From NCBI GenBank assembly GCA_024137785.1, contig JAHRHZ010000102.1, positions 132,901 through 196,900 of the forward strand: DNA of 64,000 bases, given 5' to 3'. Origin of the DNA: Ginglymostoma cirratum (Eukaryota). A model generated the notes under the pieces. The model worked only from the letters and a program-made list of their open reading frames with translations. It was not told the DNA's origin and searched no databases. Positions 1 to 11,777 of this stretch are shown one piece after another (position 1 is the first letter of the stretch; every line of letters begins with the position of its first letter). The translations under genes were made by a program, and so were the position numbers.

Positions 1-157
1 TAAAAAAAAAAACAGAATTAGGTGATTTGGCCAATCAGATCTGATATGCTGTTCAATAATGTCTTATATGTTTCTCAACATCATTCTCTAGCCTTCCCCC
101 ATAACCCTCGACCCCCCTATTACTGAAAAACGTATCTATCTCTGTCTTAAAGACACT

Positions 158-430
158 AGTGTCTGTGTCTCTGCGTCTGTATGTGTGCGTGTGTCTCTTT
201 TTTCATATGTTTCTGTGTCTGTGTAGTTGTGTCTATGGCTGTGCATCTGTCTATCAGCCTGTGTGTTTCTGTGTGTGTTTATGTCTATTTGTGTGTGATT
301 GTATGTGTCTCTGTGTAGGTCTACATGTGTGTGTGTGTATCTCCGTGTACGTATTGTGTGTGTTAGTACATTGGGTTGTTTACCAATGTTTCTGTGTATT
401 TCTGAGTCTGCATATCTGTGCAATGAGGTA
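158..430. repeat. Degenerate (GT)n/(GTCT)n microsatellite
   Basis: Runs of gtgtgt/gtct; explains the spurious ORFs at 136-498. Confidence 0.85.
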
Positions 431-1289
431 TCTGTTTTGGGAGTGAGACAACTGATGTTGGAAATCACAGTGGGGTTAATGTGAGAATTGCCCTTCACTG
501 AACAAAACTCCTTACTCAGTTGGTGGAGTGTCGATGTTTCAGAATCTACACATGAGTCACTCCGGTCATCTCCAGCTCATGCCAGGTCAGCTCAACTCTG
601 CGGGAGGTGGGGGGGTGGTGGAAACAGGAGGAGGGTAAGGGGACAGGTGTCGGGCACTCCACCACACAGTTTGACTCTTTTTATCCTTTTACAGGCTGTT
701 TCTCCTCGAATAAGGGAAAGGGAGGTTGTGAGTGAAGGTGAAAGGATGGCACTGCTGTAAGAGCTGGTGTAGGTTGGGCGAAATGGTGAAGTGTTCAGAG
801 TGAGTCAGTCCACGGTGTTGAATCCATGCAGTGTTATTTTTGCAGGGGTATTTCCTAGATGAAAGTGAGTGTGAGTCAAGGATGGTATTGCATTCAGTAG
901 TGTGAGTGTTAAGGGTTTCAGCCTTATTTGGTGATATAATGTGAACCTTGTTCGGAGTTAGGTGCTATAACAGATATAGAATGAATGTGAAGGAGCAGAA
1001 AGAATAGAGCGGCACTTATCCTGGCAGAAATGGGAAGGTTACTGATACTAGTCCGATATTTCTGAATGTTTCATCAGATCATATCATCAAGGTGAGCAGC
1101 ACCGAATGGCTTATCCAAGTCCATCACTAATATTGCCACAGGCTACGTCCCTCAGATTCCACTGAATCAGTTTGGGTGGAATTTACAAATAGCAAGAAGA
1201 AGCAAGTATTATTATGTTATATATCTAAACTAAAACTGTAGCACGAATTTTGTGAATCTCGTACTTGGAAAATCAGATATGCAAGTATT

Positions 1290-3100
1290 GTGGATGCTGC
1301 AGTAATAATGAATTACCTCAAGTTGCATCTAAACTGCGTCAACTAAATGACTGCTAATGCAGTGAAGAATAAAATCCATACATGTATATGAGGTAGGTTG
1401 AAGAGTATGTTGTGAACCAAACCAGGGACCAGATAATATTGACCTTGGTGTTGTGTGGTCAGAAGAGCTAATTCATAACTTCGCTTTGAAGCAGCTTTTG
1501 AGAAATAGTGACAAAAATATATCGCACATTACATGGCGTCTGCATAAACGTCGAATTTTTCAATGTAACTGTCAAACATCATGGAATCCACGAGGTTAGA
1601 TTGTCGAGTTAGCTGTAATGAATTGGGAAAGTTCGATATAAAATTTAGTGGCAGGCAGGCAATGGTTGTTATTTCTAGAAATACTGCAAAGTCTGAAAAA
1701 TAGATATATTTCCCTCAGGTACAATCGGCAAAGAAAGGGAAGGTGACTCAACGATGATTAGCACACAAAATTAAAGATTGTATTAAATCAAAGGAAGTGG
1801 TTTCAGAGGAATTCCAGATATTGTGGAAACCTGAGAATTCTGAGAAATTTATGACCGAGAAAAGGAGGGCCCCGAAACTGATGAGGAAATCAAAAAGAGA
1901 ACTTGAATACAAAAGAACAGGAAACACAAAGTCTGACTAAATTTACTATCTATTCATCAATGAAAACAATATAAAAGCAAGATTAAACATGGACGATTAG
2001 CAATGGGGACTGGATAATTCATTGTGGAGAACATGGAAATAGCAGAGAAACTAATCAGTTACTTTGCATCTGTCTTCATGAAGGAAGATCCAGAAAATCT
2101 CTCAGAAGCACGAAGTGCTATTATAGCACTTTTGGAACTAATGACGTAAAGTCAATTTATATCAATGACAAGGTAGTATTTGGAAATGCAGCTGGACTGA
2201 GTCTTGCAAAATCTGATGAACCAGATGTACCTCATGTCAAAATACCAGGAAAAGAAAGCAGAAATAGAATTATTAATTACGCTGTTAATGACTATGTTTT
2301 ATTTTCCTGTACATTTTGCAACGGGTGGAAGCCATTGTAGATAACTGGAAGGTAGTAAAAAATATCCAACCATTTGCAAGAGGGTGAAGGGATAATGTGG
2401 AGAACTGCAGACCAATTATCTTGATATCGGTAAGGAAACTGTTGGAATCTATGATGCAGGATGTGATACTGGATATTTAGAAATGAGAAGCACTGGAGAG
2501 AATCAGTGTGCATTTCTGAAAAAAGAAATCATGCTTGACAAGCATCAGAACTTTTGAAGTATTTTCGTTCAGGATAGACAATAGAGAACCAGTGGAAGTG
2601 GTATATTTGGAGTTTCAGAAGGCTTTCTGCAAGGACTCACACCATGAGTTCAGAAATAAAATTAGTTAAAAGAGTATTTGGAGGAATACGTGTAAAAAGT
2701 TAGGTTGGCCATCATTTAAGGGAATTGGAATATAGAAGTAAAGACATCCTGCAGCAGTTGCATTGAGTGTTGGTGAAACTGTACATTGAGTATTGTGTAC
2801 CGTTTTGGTGATCCAATCTAAGAAATAATATACATACCCCACATGAAGTGCAATAAATGTTCTCCAGATTGATCCCTCAGATGGCAAGATGGTCTGATGA
2901 GGAATCTCGACCTATGTTCTCCACAGTCTCAAAGACTATGAGGTGATCGCAGTGAAATGTAGAAAATTCACAAAACATGTGACAAGTTGGAAATAAACAC
3001 AATGTTTCCCTGGTTGTCTACTCCACATTGAAGGTAAATAACGGCTGAATAAAGGCAGGTCATTTAAGCTGCAACAAGGATAAAATTCTTCACTCGGAGG
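1290..3100 (+). mobile_element. Decayed CR1-type LINE ORF2 fragments
   Basis: Remnants of RT motifs: aaatcatgcttgacaa (KSCLT, ~2526) and gtggtatatttggagtttcagaaggcttt (VVYLDFQKAF-like, ~2598); many stops and frameshifts. Confidence 0.8.
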
Positions 3101-3259
3101 GGATAGACTAGCATGGATAGACAGGGGCATGGAAAACTTCTGGCAGGCAAGATGAGAGATAATCCCTAGATATTATACAAGTATGTCAAGCAGAACAGAA
3201 TAATCAGGGAGCCCCTTACTGACTTGCGAAGTTTGATCCAAAATCTACTTTGTGTCAGG

Positions 3260-4270
3260 AGACAGAGGATGACAGTAGATGGCTGTTTGTGTGACTGGAA
3301 GCCAGTGTCCAGTGGTATAAGACAAGGATCAGTGCTGTGTACCTTATTATTTGTGGAATTCATAAATGATGTATATGTGAATGTGGAGCGGGTGTAGGGG
3401 GATGTGCATTAAGTAAATTTGTGTTTGACACAAGGATTGGCTAGATGATTCGTAGTGAGGAGGAAGTTCTTATGTTACAGGAAGATAGTGATAGAAAGAT
3501 CAGATAGGCAGATCAATGGCAGATGGAATGTAATACTGATAAATATGAAGTGATACACTTTGGGAGAAATAACCAGACAAGGGGAGTACTCAATGAATGG
3601 CAGCACACTAGGAAGTTCAGAGGGCACTTCTCCACACATCCCTGATGTGACTGGACAAGTTATTAGGCTAGTTAACAAGGCATAAGGGACTGTAGGCATA
3701 GCCTTTATTCATCAAGGCATAGATTGTAAGAGTATACCGGAAACTGGTTAGGCCAAGATTGAATACTGTTTGTACTTCTTGATGCCACGTTATAGGAAGG
3801 ATAAGGTTGCACTGGAAGGAGTGCAGAGGAAATTCACCAGGATGTTCTCTGCGATGGAGCACATCAGTTCTGAAGAGAGGCTGTTTAATGTCGGGTTGTT
3901 TGCCTTGGAGCAGTGAAAGTTGAGCGGGTAAGTAATTCAGGTATACAAGATCATGAGAGGTATGAACGGATGATTAGAAAGCAACTGCTCCTTTCAGTCA
4001 AAAGGCCAAGAGAAAGGAGCACACTTTTCAAGTGAAGGGTTTGAGAGTTAACGAAAATTTAGGAATTGTTTTCACCCAGAGAGTACTCGGGTCTAGAATG
4101 CACTTTCTGAGAGGGAATTGTCATGGGTAACCTCACAACCATTGAACAGTATTTGGATGAGCGCTTGACGTGTCATAATATTCAGGGCTACAGGCCTCAT
4201 GTCAGAAAGTGGGACTAATGAAGGTCGCACTGTATTTCTGACAGTACACAGACTATGCTTCTGTGATTGT
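3260..4270 (+). mobile_element. Decayed CR1 LINE, RT C-terminal part and 3' end
   Basis: tggaagccagtgtccagtggt...caaggatcagtgctg (W-PV-SG--QGSVL), caatggcagatggaa (WQME) and aggaaattcaccaggatg. Confidence 0.8.
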
Positions 4271-4399
4271 ATGGTTGTGGAAATTCAACCATTGAACAGC
4301 ATAAGACAGGAATTGTTGGGTTTGTGGGGATTATAATAACAAGGGCTATGACAATGAACTGCAATTGCTTCTAAAAGGATCCCAATAGGGAACGTATGA

Positions 4400-6010
4400 G
4401 AAAACAGTCTGAAACCAGAGAGTGGAGAATGAATAACAAGAAAATGGCAGAACTACAACAGAACTACTTAATTTCTGTATTCACAGAAGAAAACATAAAA
4501 GAAAAACTTCTGAGCAATAATAGGAAACCTAAGTGTGGTGAGAAATAGAAATAGAATGGAATTACTGAATAAGCTAATTTGGAGAAATTATTGCAACAGG
4601 ATTTAATGGGCAGAGACGAAGTCAATGTCGGTTTATGATCTGGGAATCATATTTGAGAAACCAACAGGAAGATAAATTATGGAGAAGGAATGGATGCACT
4701 GCATTTGGATTTTTGGAAAGATTTTTGATCGAGTACCAAGCCGAGTGTGCAAAGTAAAAACTCGTGGGATTGGGCCAAATATGTGGATAGGGTGTCATAA
4801 TAGGGGAGTTGACAGGAGGTCTAGGCCCTCAACGTCAGCCTTCCCGTCCTCTGATGCTGCTTGGCCTGCTGTGTTCATCCAGCTCTACACCTTGTTATAG
4901 CAGGAATAAATGGATTTTTTTTTTAATTGAAAGTTTCATGGTGTAAATCAGGGACTCCAGATATTTACAAAACATATCAAAAATTTGGTTGAGGGAATCA
5001 AATGCAATGGGTCCAAGTCTGCTGACAGTACAAAACTGGGATTGTGAATGGTGAGGAGAATGTAAAGATGCTCCAAGGCGATTGAGATAAGTGGAATGAC
5101 GGGGAAAATATATGGAAGATGAAGAGCAATGCAGATGTATGTGACATTGTGCAATTTGGTGAGAAGTAATTGAACAGCAGCGTAATATCTGAACAGAGAC
5201 TGTTTGAAAAATATTGATCTATGAAGGGACTTGTGCTCCTTGTCTTTTGTGTTCTTCTGTGCAGACCTTTGAGATCAATGCAGGGCAGTAACTTCTGAAG
5301 CCAGAAGTCAATACTGTGAATGGCATTGGTACGCTGGTCAGTGCATATAGACCCACCAAGTGGGCAATCATAATTCTGAAAAGGATCTGGATGTCCTTGT
5401 ACATCAACAATGGAAAGAAACAATGCAGGATAAATGGTGGATTGATATTCATTTCAAAGAGTGTCGTGTAGAGGAGTAAGGCCGTCTTACTGTGGCTGTA
5501 CTGGTGAGATCTCATCATGAATATTCTGGGGTATTATGTGCAGTTGTAGTCTCCGTACCTACCAAAGGACACACTTCCGCCAGAGGAATATAACAAAGGA
5601 TAACCAGACTGATCTTTGTGATGATAGGTTGTTTTGTGAGCGGAGTTTGAGTTGACTGGGGCTGTATTCAATGAGGATTACAAAAATGAGTGGAGATCTC
5701 AGTAAAACATATAAACCCTGTCAGGGCGAAGGAGAATGGAAACAAGGATAATGATTTCCTGGCTGGATTGTCTTAAAGAAGGGGTTACAGTCTTAGACAC
5801 AAGCAGATCACTCTGCATTGAGATGAGAATAAATGTGTTCACTCAGAGACTGGTGAACCTGGGAAATTTACTTCCACAAAATGCTGTGGAAGCCCAGGCA
5901 CAGAATATCAATTTGAATCAAGTGGATGGATTTATCAAAACAAAAGGGATGCGGATAGAGCAGGAGTATAGTGTGGGTGTAAAGGATCAGCTATCATTAT
6001 ACTGACGAGG
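4400..6010 (+). mobile_element. Decayed CR1 LINE fragments
   Basis: ttggatttttggaaagatttttgatcgagtacc (LDF-K-FD-VP), tccaagtctgctgac (SKFAD-like), 3' region ttcactcagagactggtgaacctg. Confidence 0.7.
4815..4898 (+). mobile_element. Short Penelope-like pLTR fragment inserted into CR1
   Basis: ggtctaggccctcaacgtcagcc...tctgatgctgcttggcctgctgtgttcatccagctctacaccttgttat; same family as 21890, 39233 and 59155. Confidence 0.7.
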
Positions 6011-6029
6011 GGAGCAGGTTTGATGGATC

Positions 6030-6742
6030 AAGAAGGGGACATTGTTTGAAATATTCCAGCACTCTCTGTATTCTGTGAATGTTCCAACAAAACTGAAAAA
6101 CCTCTATTATGACGTTGGTCGGTGTAATGAGTATAGGAACTGGTACTTGATGTTGCGGCTGTACAGGACAATGGTGAGGCCACTTTTGGAATACTGCATA
6201 TAATTCTGGTCACCCTGCTACACGAAAGATGTTGTGAAATTTGGAAAATATTCAGAAAATATTTGCAAGGATGATGCCAGGATTGCTGTTATATTGAGTG
6301 TGAGTTACAGAAAGGCACTGAATAGGCTGGGCTTCTTTTTTTCCCTGGAGAGTCAAACGCTGAGGGTGACCATATAGAGGTTTATAAAATCATGAGGGGC
6401 ATGGATATAATGAATAGCTTCGGCAATTCCCCCAGGGTAGCAGAATCCAAAACTAGATGGCATAGGTGTAAAGAGAAACAAGAAAGATATAAAAAGGACC
6501 TGAGGGGTGACTTTTTCCACACAGAGTGTGGTGCATGTATGGAATGAGCTGCCAGTAGAAGAGATGGGGGCTGGTTAAATTACATTTTTTAAAAGGCACA
6601 TGGATGGTTATGTGAATAGGAAGGGTTTAGAGGGATATGTGCCAAATGCTGGTAAATGGGACGATATCAGATTGAGATATCTGGTCAGTGCAGAAGAGTT
6701 GCACTGAAGAGTCTGTTTCTGTATTGCAGGATTTTATGACTC
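6030..6742 (+). mobile_element. CR1 LINE 3' end
   Basis: ggtgaggccacttttggaatactgc (VRPLLEYC), ctgagggtgaccatatagaggtttataaaatcatgagggg, tail ending in atgactc. Confidence 0.85.
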
Positions 6743-6929
6743 AATAACACGTAGCTTCAAGAAGAGGGGGAGACAGAAAGCAGGAGCTGATAGGCAGGTT
6801 AGCCTAACGTTTATCATTGGCAATCTGCTGGACTCCATTATTAAGGAAAGGACTGGAGGACATTTAGAGAACCATCCTGCAATCGGAGTCAACATGGATT
6901 TGTGAAAAGGAACTGATGTTCTGCCATGT

Positions 6930-7360
6930 AAAATCATGCAAAGTTTTACTGTAGTTCCTTGATAAAATAACAATGTCAAATGCAAGGGACAATAGAAACT
7001 TTAATGACAATGAAGAAACTACAAGTCAGATACCAGTCAAGGTAATGGCTGAGGATAAGATATAAGTCTGCATGAAGTTATACTTGATAATGAGATATGT
7101 TAAGATGGTGTCATTGGCTGAACACAGTAAGGTAACAAAGCAAAATAATCAGAATTACTGACTGTGATTGGATATTGATAACCATAAAATAGGTAAATAT
7201 TTTTCATTGGTCTGTGTAAAGTGTGCTTATGATTACGTTCACGTATAAAGCTGATGCAATATATTGTTTGGAGAGTCCGTTCTCATGAGAAATGGCTCTC
7301 GAACACGTGCTTGAAGAAAACTGGTGTAAAAAGTGTCTATGAGTCATCTGGTCAGTTACA
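6930..7360 (+). mobile_element. Possible solo LTR
   Basis: AT-rich, TATA-like gtataaa at ~7243, ends ...cagttaca (CA); 5' boundary uncertain. Confidence 0.3.
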
Positions 7361-7464
7361 GGAACATGGGGAGTTGAATGACTGAAAGTTCATCTGAGAT
7401 GGAGCTCAGGACACAATCTGGTCTGCAACGTGCTCCATGCTGAACAGATATTTCATCTGGGCTT

Positions 7465-7816
7465 ACAGTGATGGCCCAGGGTATTATTGCTAGGTTCTTA
7501 ATCCAAAAACGCATGTAATGCTCTGGGTCTCTGAGTTCAAATCCTGCCAAGTGAGATGTTGGAATTTGAATTCAATAAAAATCTGGAATTAAAAATTGAG
7601 TGATGAAGATGAAACCATTGGCAATTGTAGGGAAAATCCATCTGATTCACTCATATCTTGTAGGGAAGGAAACTGCCATTCCTCCCCTGCTATGGCCTAC
7701 ACGTGACCCCAAACACCCAATAATGTCACTGGTTCTAACTACCCTCTGGGCAATGAGGCATGGCAATAAATGTTGGCCCAGCCAGTGAAACCCACATCCT
7801 GTGAGTGAATAAAAAA
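7465..7816 (+). mobile_element. tRNA-derived SINE
   Basis: B-box gagttcaaatcc, core gaatttgaattcaataaaaatctggaatt, tail gtgaataaaaaa; second copy on the minus strand at 18722-19088. Confidence 0.8.
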
Positions 7817-8539
7817 GGTGTCCGGGCTGGTTCTGGGAGGTAAATTAAGAATGTGATCTAACTAACCGTTTCAGCTAATCTGAAAATACCTTCATTTAAT
7901 GTTTTCGTACTTGTGATTGAACCCTTCAAACTCTCACTCCATTAATATTGCAGTGTGACCATGCACAGTACATCATGTTGGTGAATACTCACTGTCCTGG
8001 CAACAGCCACAGCCTCTTCATTCAGAAGCAGGCAGCCATTCCCACTAGCTTCGTGTCTATATGTCAAGAGAAAGGATGGTATCGTGGATAAAGGCCGTTC
8101 CCTTCATACACTGTCCAAAACATCCTACACCTCACCACGCCCCACCGCTAACCAAACACGTCAAAGCATCCCGTGTGTACTGAGAGTAATGAGGCAACTT
8201 GGAACATCAGGGAGTAGAACATCAGGATGGTAGAGCAACACTTCCAATGTCTGAAAGTTTCAGAGTGAACCCTCTAGTACACACTGTATCACTAAGTCCC
8301 ATAATCTCCCTCCATTTATGTAATATATAGCCTTTTATTCTTGCTGAAAATCTCACAGGTTCACAGTTACCAACGTTATGTTACATCTACCAAATTGCTT
8401 ATCCATTTACGTTCTCTCTACCTCCTCCTGATATCTTGATTTCCTGCTTCTCATAGCATCATTGACAAATTTAGTTCGAATACATTTTGTTGCATTTATC
8501 TAAACCATTGATATAGGACAATGCCCATATATAATAGCT

Positions 8540-8672
8540 CACTTCCCGGCTCGCGCTCTCACCACTCCCGCCACTCGAATCAAGTAGGCCGTCGACTCAC
8601 GAGGTAAGTTTTTAAAAGCAGAAGATTGCCTTCCCGGCTGCCCCCGTCTCACGCTCTCACCACTCCCTCCAA
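8540..8672 (-). mobile_element. Probable CR1 5' UTR fragment with an internal direct repeat (cttcccggct...cgctctcaccactccc x2)
   Basis: Direct repeat is visible; the minus strand reads ttttaaaaacttacctcg, which I recall from shark CR1 5' ends. Confidence 0.45.
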
Positions 8673-9254
8673 AATCGTAAATCTTGATTGGAAATTGTTG
8701 ATGACCTCACACTGGCCCCTGAGGAATTCCATTAGGTACAGCTTTCCAAGGTAAAAGTAAATAGTTATTTCTGCTCTGTATTTAATTTTAGCAAACCGGG
8801 GCTCCGTTTTCCTCTGTCACAGCCTAGAAAGGTTGCATGGCCCCCTCCTGTGGTGTGTAGCTGGTTATCGAGGTGTTTCTGAGCTCCGCAATTCACCATT
8901 AGGGCCATTTGTTGTCAGAAAATCAGGTAGAGGTTGTACTGTTAATGATACTGATGCTTGCGCAATTAAAAGACAAGCACAGAACATAGACGAACACTTG
9001 AGAAGAATGCTGCATCGTCAAAAATGCTGTCCTTTAGATGCAGCAACAAATCTTGTCTGCCCTTTCAATGGGGTGCTCAATTTTCCCCGGACACGTATTG
9101 AGGAGTAGGGGAGATTTCCTATTAGCCTGGTTTACTTTTGTCCCTTTAACAACACCACCAACACAGATAATCTTAATAATTAATATCATTTTTGGCTGTG
9201 GGTGCTGTGTTGAAAGATTGCTGCAGTCCCTACACAACAAAATAAACAATTGTC

Positions 9255-9635
9255 ATTCAGGGGTGACCTTCTTGAGGTTTACAAAACCATGGTAAATCAG
9301 GGTAAAGTGTCAAGATCTTTTTTCCTGGGGTGGGGAGTCCAAAACGAGAGGGCACAGATTAATATGGGAGGGAAAAGATTTTAAAGCAATCTAAAGGGCA
9401 ACATTTTCATGCAGAGGGTGGTGCGTGTTTGGAATGAGCTGCCAGAGGAAGTGGTAGAGGCTGATACAGTTACCACATTTAAATGGCGTCTGGATGGCTA
9501 GCTGACTAGGGAGGGTTGAGAGAGATATGGACCAAATGCTGGCAAATGGGGCTAAATTCATTCAGGATATATGAATAGCATATATGAGTTGTACCAAATG
9601 GTCTGTTTCCATGCTGTATATCTCTATGACCCCAT
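9255..9635 (+). mobile_element. CR1 LINE 3' end
   Basis: Homologous to 6360-6740; ends tctctatgac. Confidence 0.85.
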
Positions 9636-10424
9636 GACTGAATATTTCATTCCATTCCTATGTTATTCCTTTGGGGGCAGAACGGCCTCCTTCTATCTCT
9701 CATGATCCTGGCTTGCTGAACGGGTCTTCCTTTACCTCTCTCGCATTTTTGAGGGTTGGAGTGAGATAATAACACATCAGATAGGAACTGTAGTTGGCCA
9801 TTTGGGCACTCGAGCCTGCTGCTCAATTTAGAAAAATCATGGCTGAACTGTTTATGTCTGAACACCCCTTTCTTGTTTATTCCTAATAAATATCGACTCT
9901 GCTGAACATCAAAGGTCAGTTGAGGTCAGCATTAAATATCTTTAATAACCGAGTCTTCAATGTTCCCTGGGGATGAAAACATTACAGACAGCGCAATATT
10001 ATAGAGAAAGCAAAATCCTTATCTCGGTCTTAATTAGGAGACTCCTTAAAGTGTGTTAACCTGACAGCAAGTCACCTCCTCTTTAAAGAGCACAAAAATA
10101 GGAGTAGATGAGACCATTCAGCCCCACAAACCTATTCCACATTCCCACTACTCTGTTCCGTAAAGTATTTATCAATCTCAGCCTCCACTGCTCTCGTGGG
10201 AAAATATTTCTGATACCTTAAGACCATACAGAATAAGACATTGGAGCAGTCTGCTCTGCTGTTCGATCATGCCTGGCATGTTTCTCAACACAATTCCACT
10301 GCCTTCTGAACATAACCCTTGATCCCCTTATTCATCAAAACTTATCTATCGCTGTCTCAAAAACACAACTGTATCTGTATCCCTATATGCCTGTGTGTGT
10401 GTTTCTGTGTATTTCTGTTTAATG

Positions 10425-10660
10425 GCTGGGGACAGGATGGCCGTGGAGGGTTGTTTCTTGGACTGAAAGCTTATGACCAGCCGTGACCACAGACATCGGT
10501 GCTGGGTCTACATTTGTTTGTCATTTATGAAAATGATTTAGGTGTGAATTATAGAAGGCACAACCAACAAGTTTGCGGACGACACCAAGATTGGTTTTAC
10601 AGTGGACAGGGAAGAAGGTTATCTAAGATTACACAAAGATCTGAATAAGTTGGATGAGTG
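10425..10660 (+). mobile_element. CR1 RT fragment
   Basis: aagtttgcggacgacaccaag (KFADDTK, RT catalytic motif). Confidence 0.85.
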
Positions 10661-10669
10661 AATCAAAAA

Positions 10670-11000
10670 GATGGGCAGCATGGGAACAAACGCTTCAGTC
10701 CAACTTGTCCATGCTGACCAGATATCTGAAATTAATCTAGTCCCATTTGCCAGCATTTGGCCCATATTCCTCTAAACCCTTCCTGTTCATGCACCCATCC
10801 CGATGCCTTTTAAATGTTGTTTTTACCAGCCTCCACAACTTCCTCTGGCACTTCGTTCCTTACACGAATCATCCTCTGCATGAAAAGGTTGCCTCTTGGG
10901 TCCTTTTTAAGATTTTCTCCTCTCACCTTAAACCTTCTAATTTTGGACTCCCCTACTCTTCACCCTGTCCATGCCTTCATGATTTTACAATCATCTAATA
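10670..11000 (-). mobile_element. CR1 LINE 3' end, inverted
   Basis: Reverse complement of the 6400-6720 type sequence (cccatttgccagcatttggcccatattcctctaaaccc). Confidence 0.85.
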
Positions 11001-11528
11001 GGTGCAAATTTTACTCAATCAACACGAATGGCTATGATTTCTGTCGTCCCATGCCTTCACCCTGAAATTCAAAACTGATGCCTCTTCCTCCTCGATCAAG
11101 TCACAATTCTAAATAATTTTAACCAACTTGTTTAGATATATTATGAAGCACCTCTGGGGTTTTGAATCTAGACCTTTGGGCCCACAGGTGGAGACACTAC
11201 AACCACAATGCAATAGCCCCTTAATCTGCATCATTATTCTCCTGTGTGTTTGCTCATCAACCTGTTCTGAAATGCCGTGACACACCTCTGAAACATGCAG
11301 GACTTGAATCCAGAACTTCTGTTCCAGAGCTGGAGACATCACCACAGGTTCAGGGGTAGAAATCAAATACAGCGCACTGCCTCAGTGGCCTGGGCGCTAC
11401 CCACTGCACAAGACCTAAACCATGCCCAGATTTTGGGTCACTTTTTATGTGCTAGTTTTCAACTAAGTTTGGATTTCTTAACTTCTGGTTAATATTATTG
11501 ATTTGCCGTGGGAGTCCATTCATATCAG

Positions 11529-11777
11529 GAACAAAAATAAAGTTACTGGAAAAGCTAAGTAGGTCTGGCAGCATCTGTGGAGGAGAAAACAGAGTTAACG
11601 TTTCGGGTCCGGTGATACTTCCTCAGAACTGAGGGAAGGTTCTCAATTCTGAGGAAGGGACACCGAACCCGGAACGTTAACGCGGTATTCTCTTCCACAG
11701 ATGCTGCCAGACCTGCTGAACTTTTCCAGCAATTTTGTTTTTGTTCCTGATTTACAGCATTCGCAGCTCTTTTGGTT
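11529..11777. mobile_element. Palindromic Penelope-derived mini-element with hammerhead motifs on both strands and a 14 bp TSD
   Basis: Inverted arms of ~100 bp around 11630-11645; TSD tccattcatatcag at 11515-11528 and 11778-11791. Confidence 0.8.
11592..11630 (-). ncRNA. Minimal type I hammerhead ribozyme motif (helix II partly mutated)
   Basis: Minus strand reads agtt CTGAGGA agta tcaccgga ccc GAAA cgtt aact: core boxes, palindromic ACGU helix III, helix I agtt/aact. Confidence 0.6.

Noticed and set aside
136-498. ORFs of 120 and 95 aa
   Set aside because: Translations of a GT microsatellite
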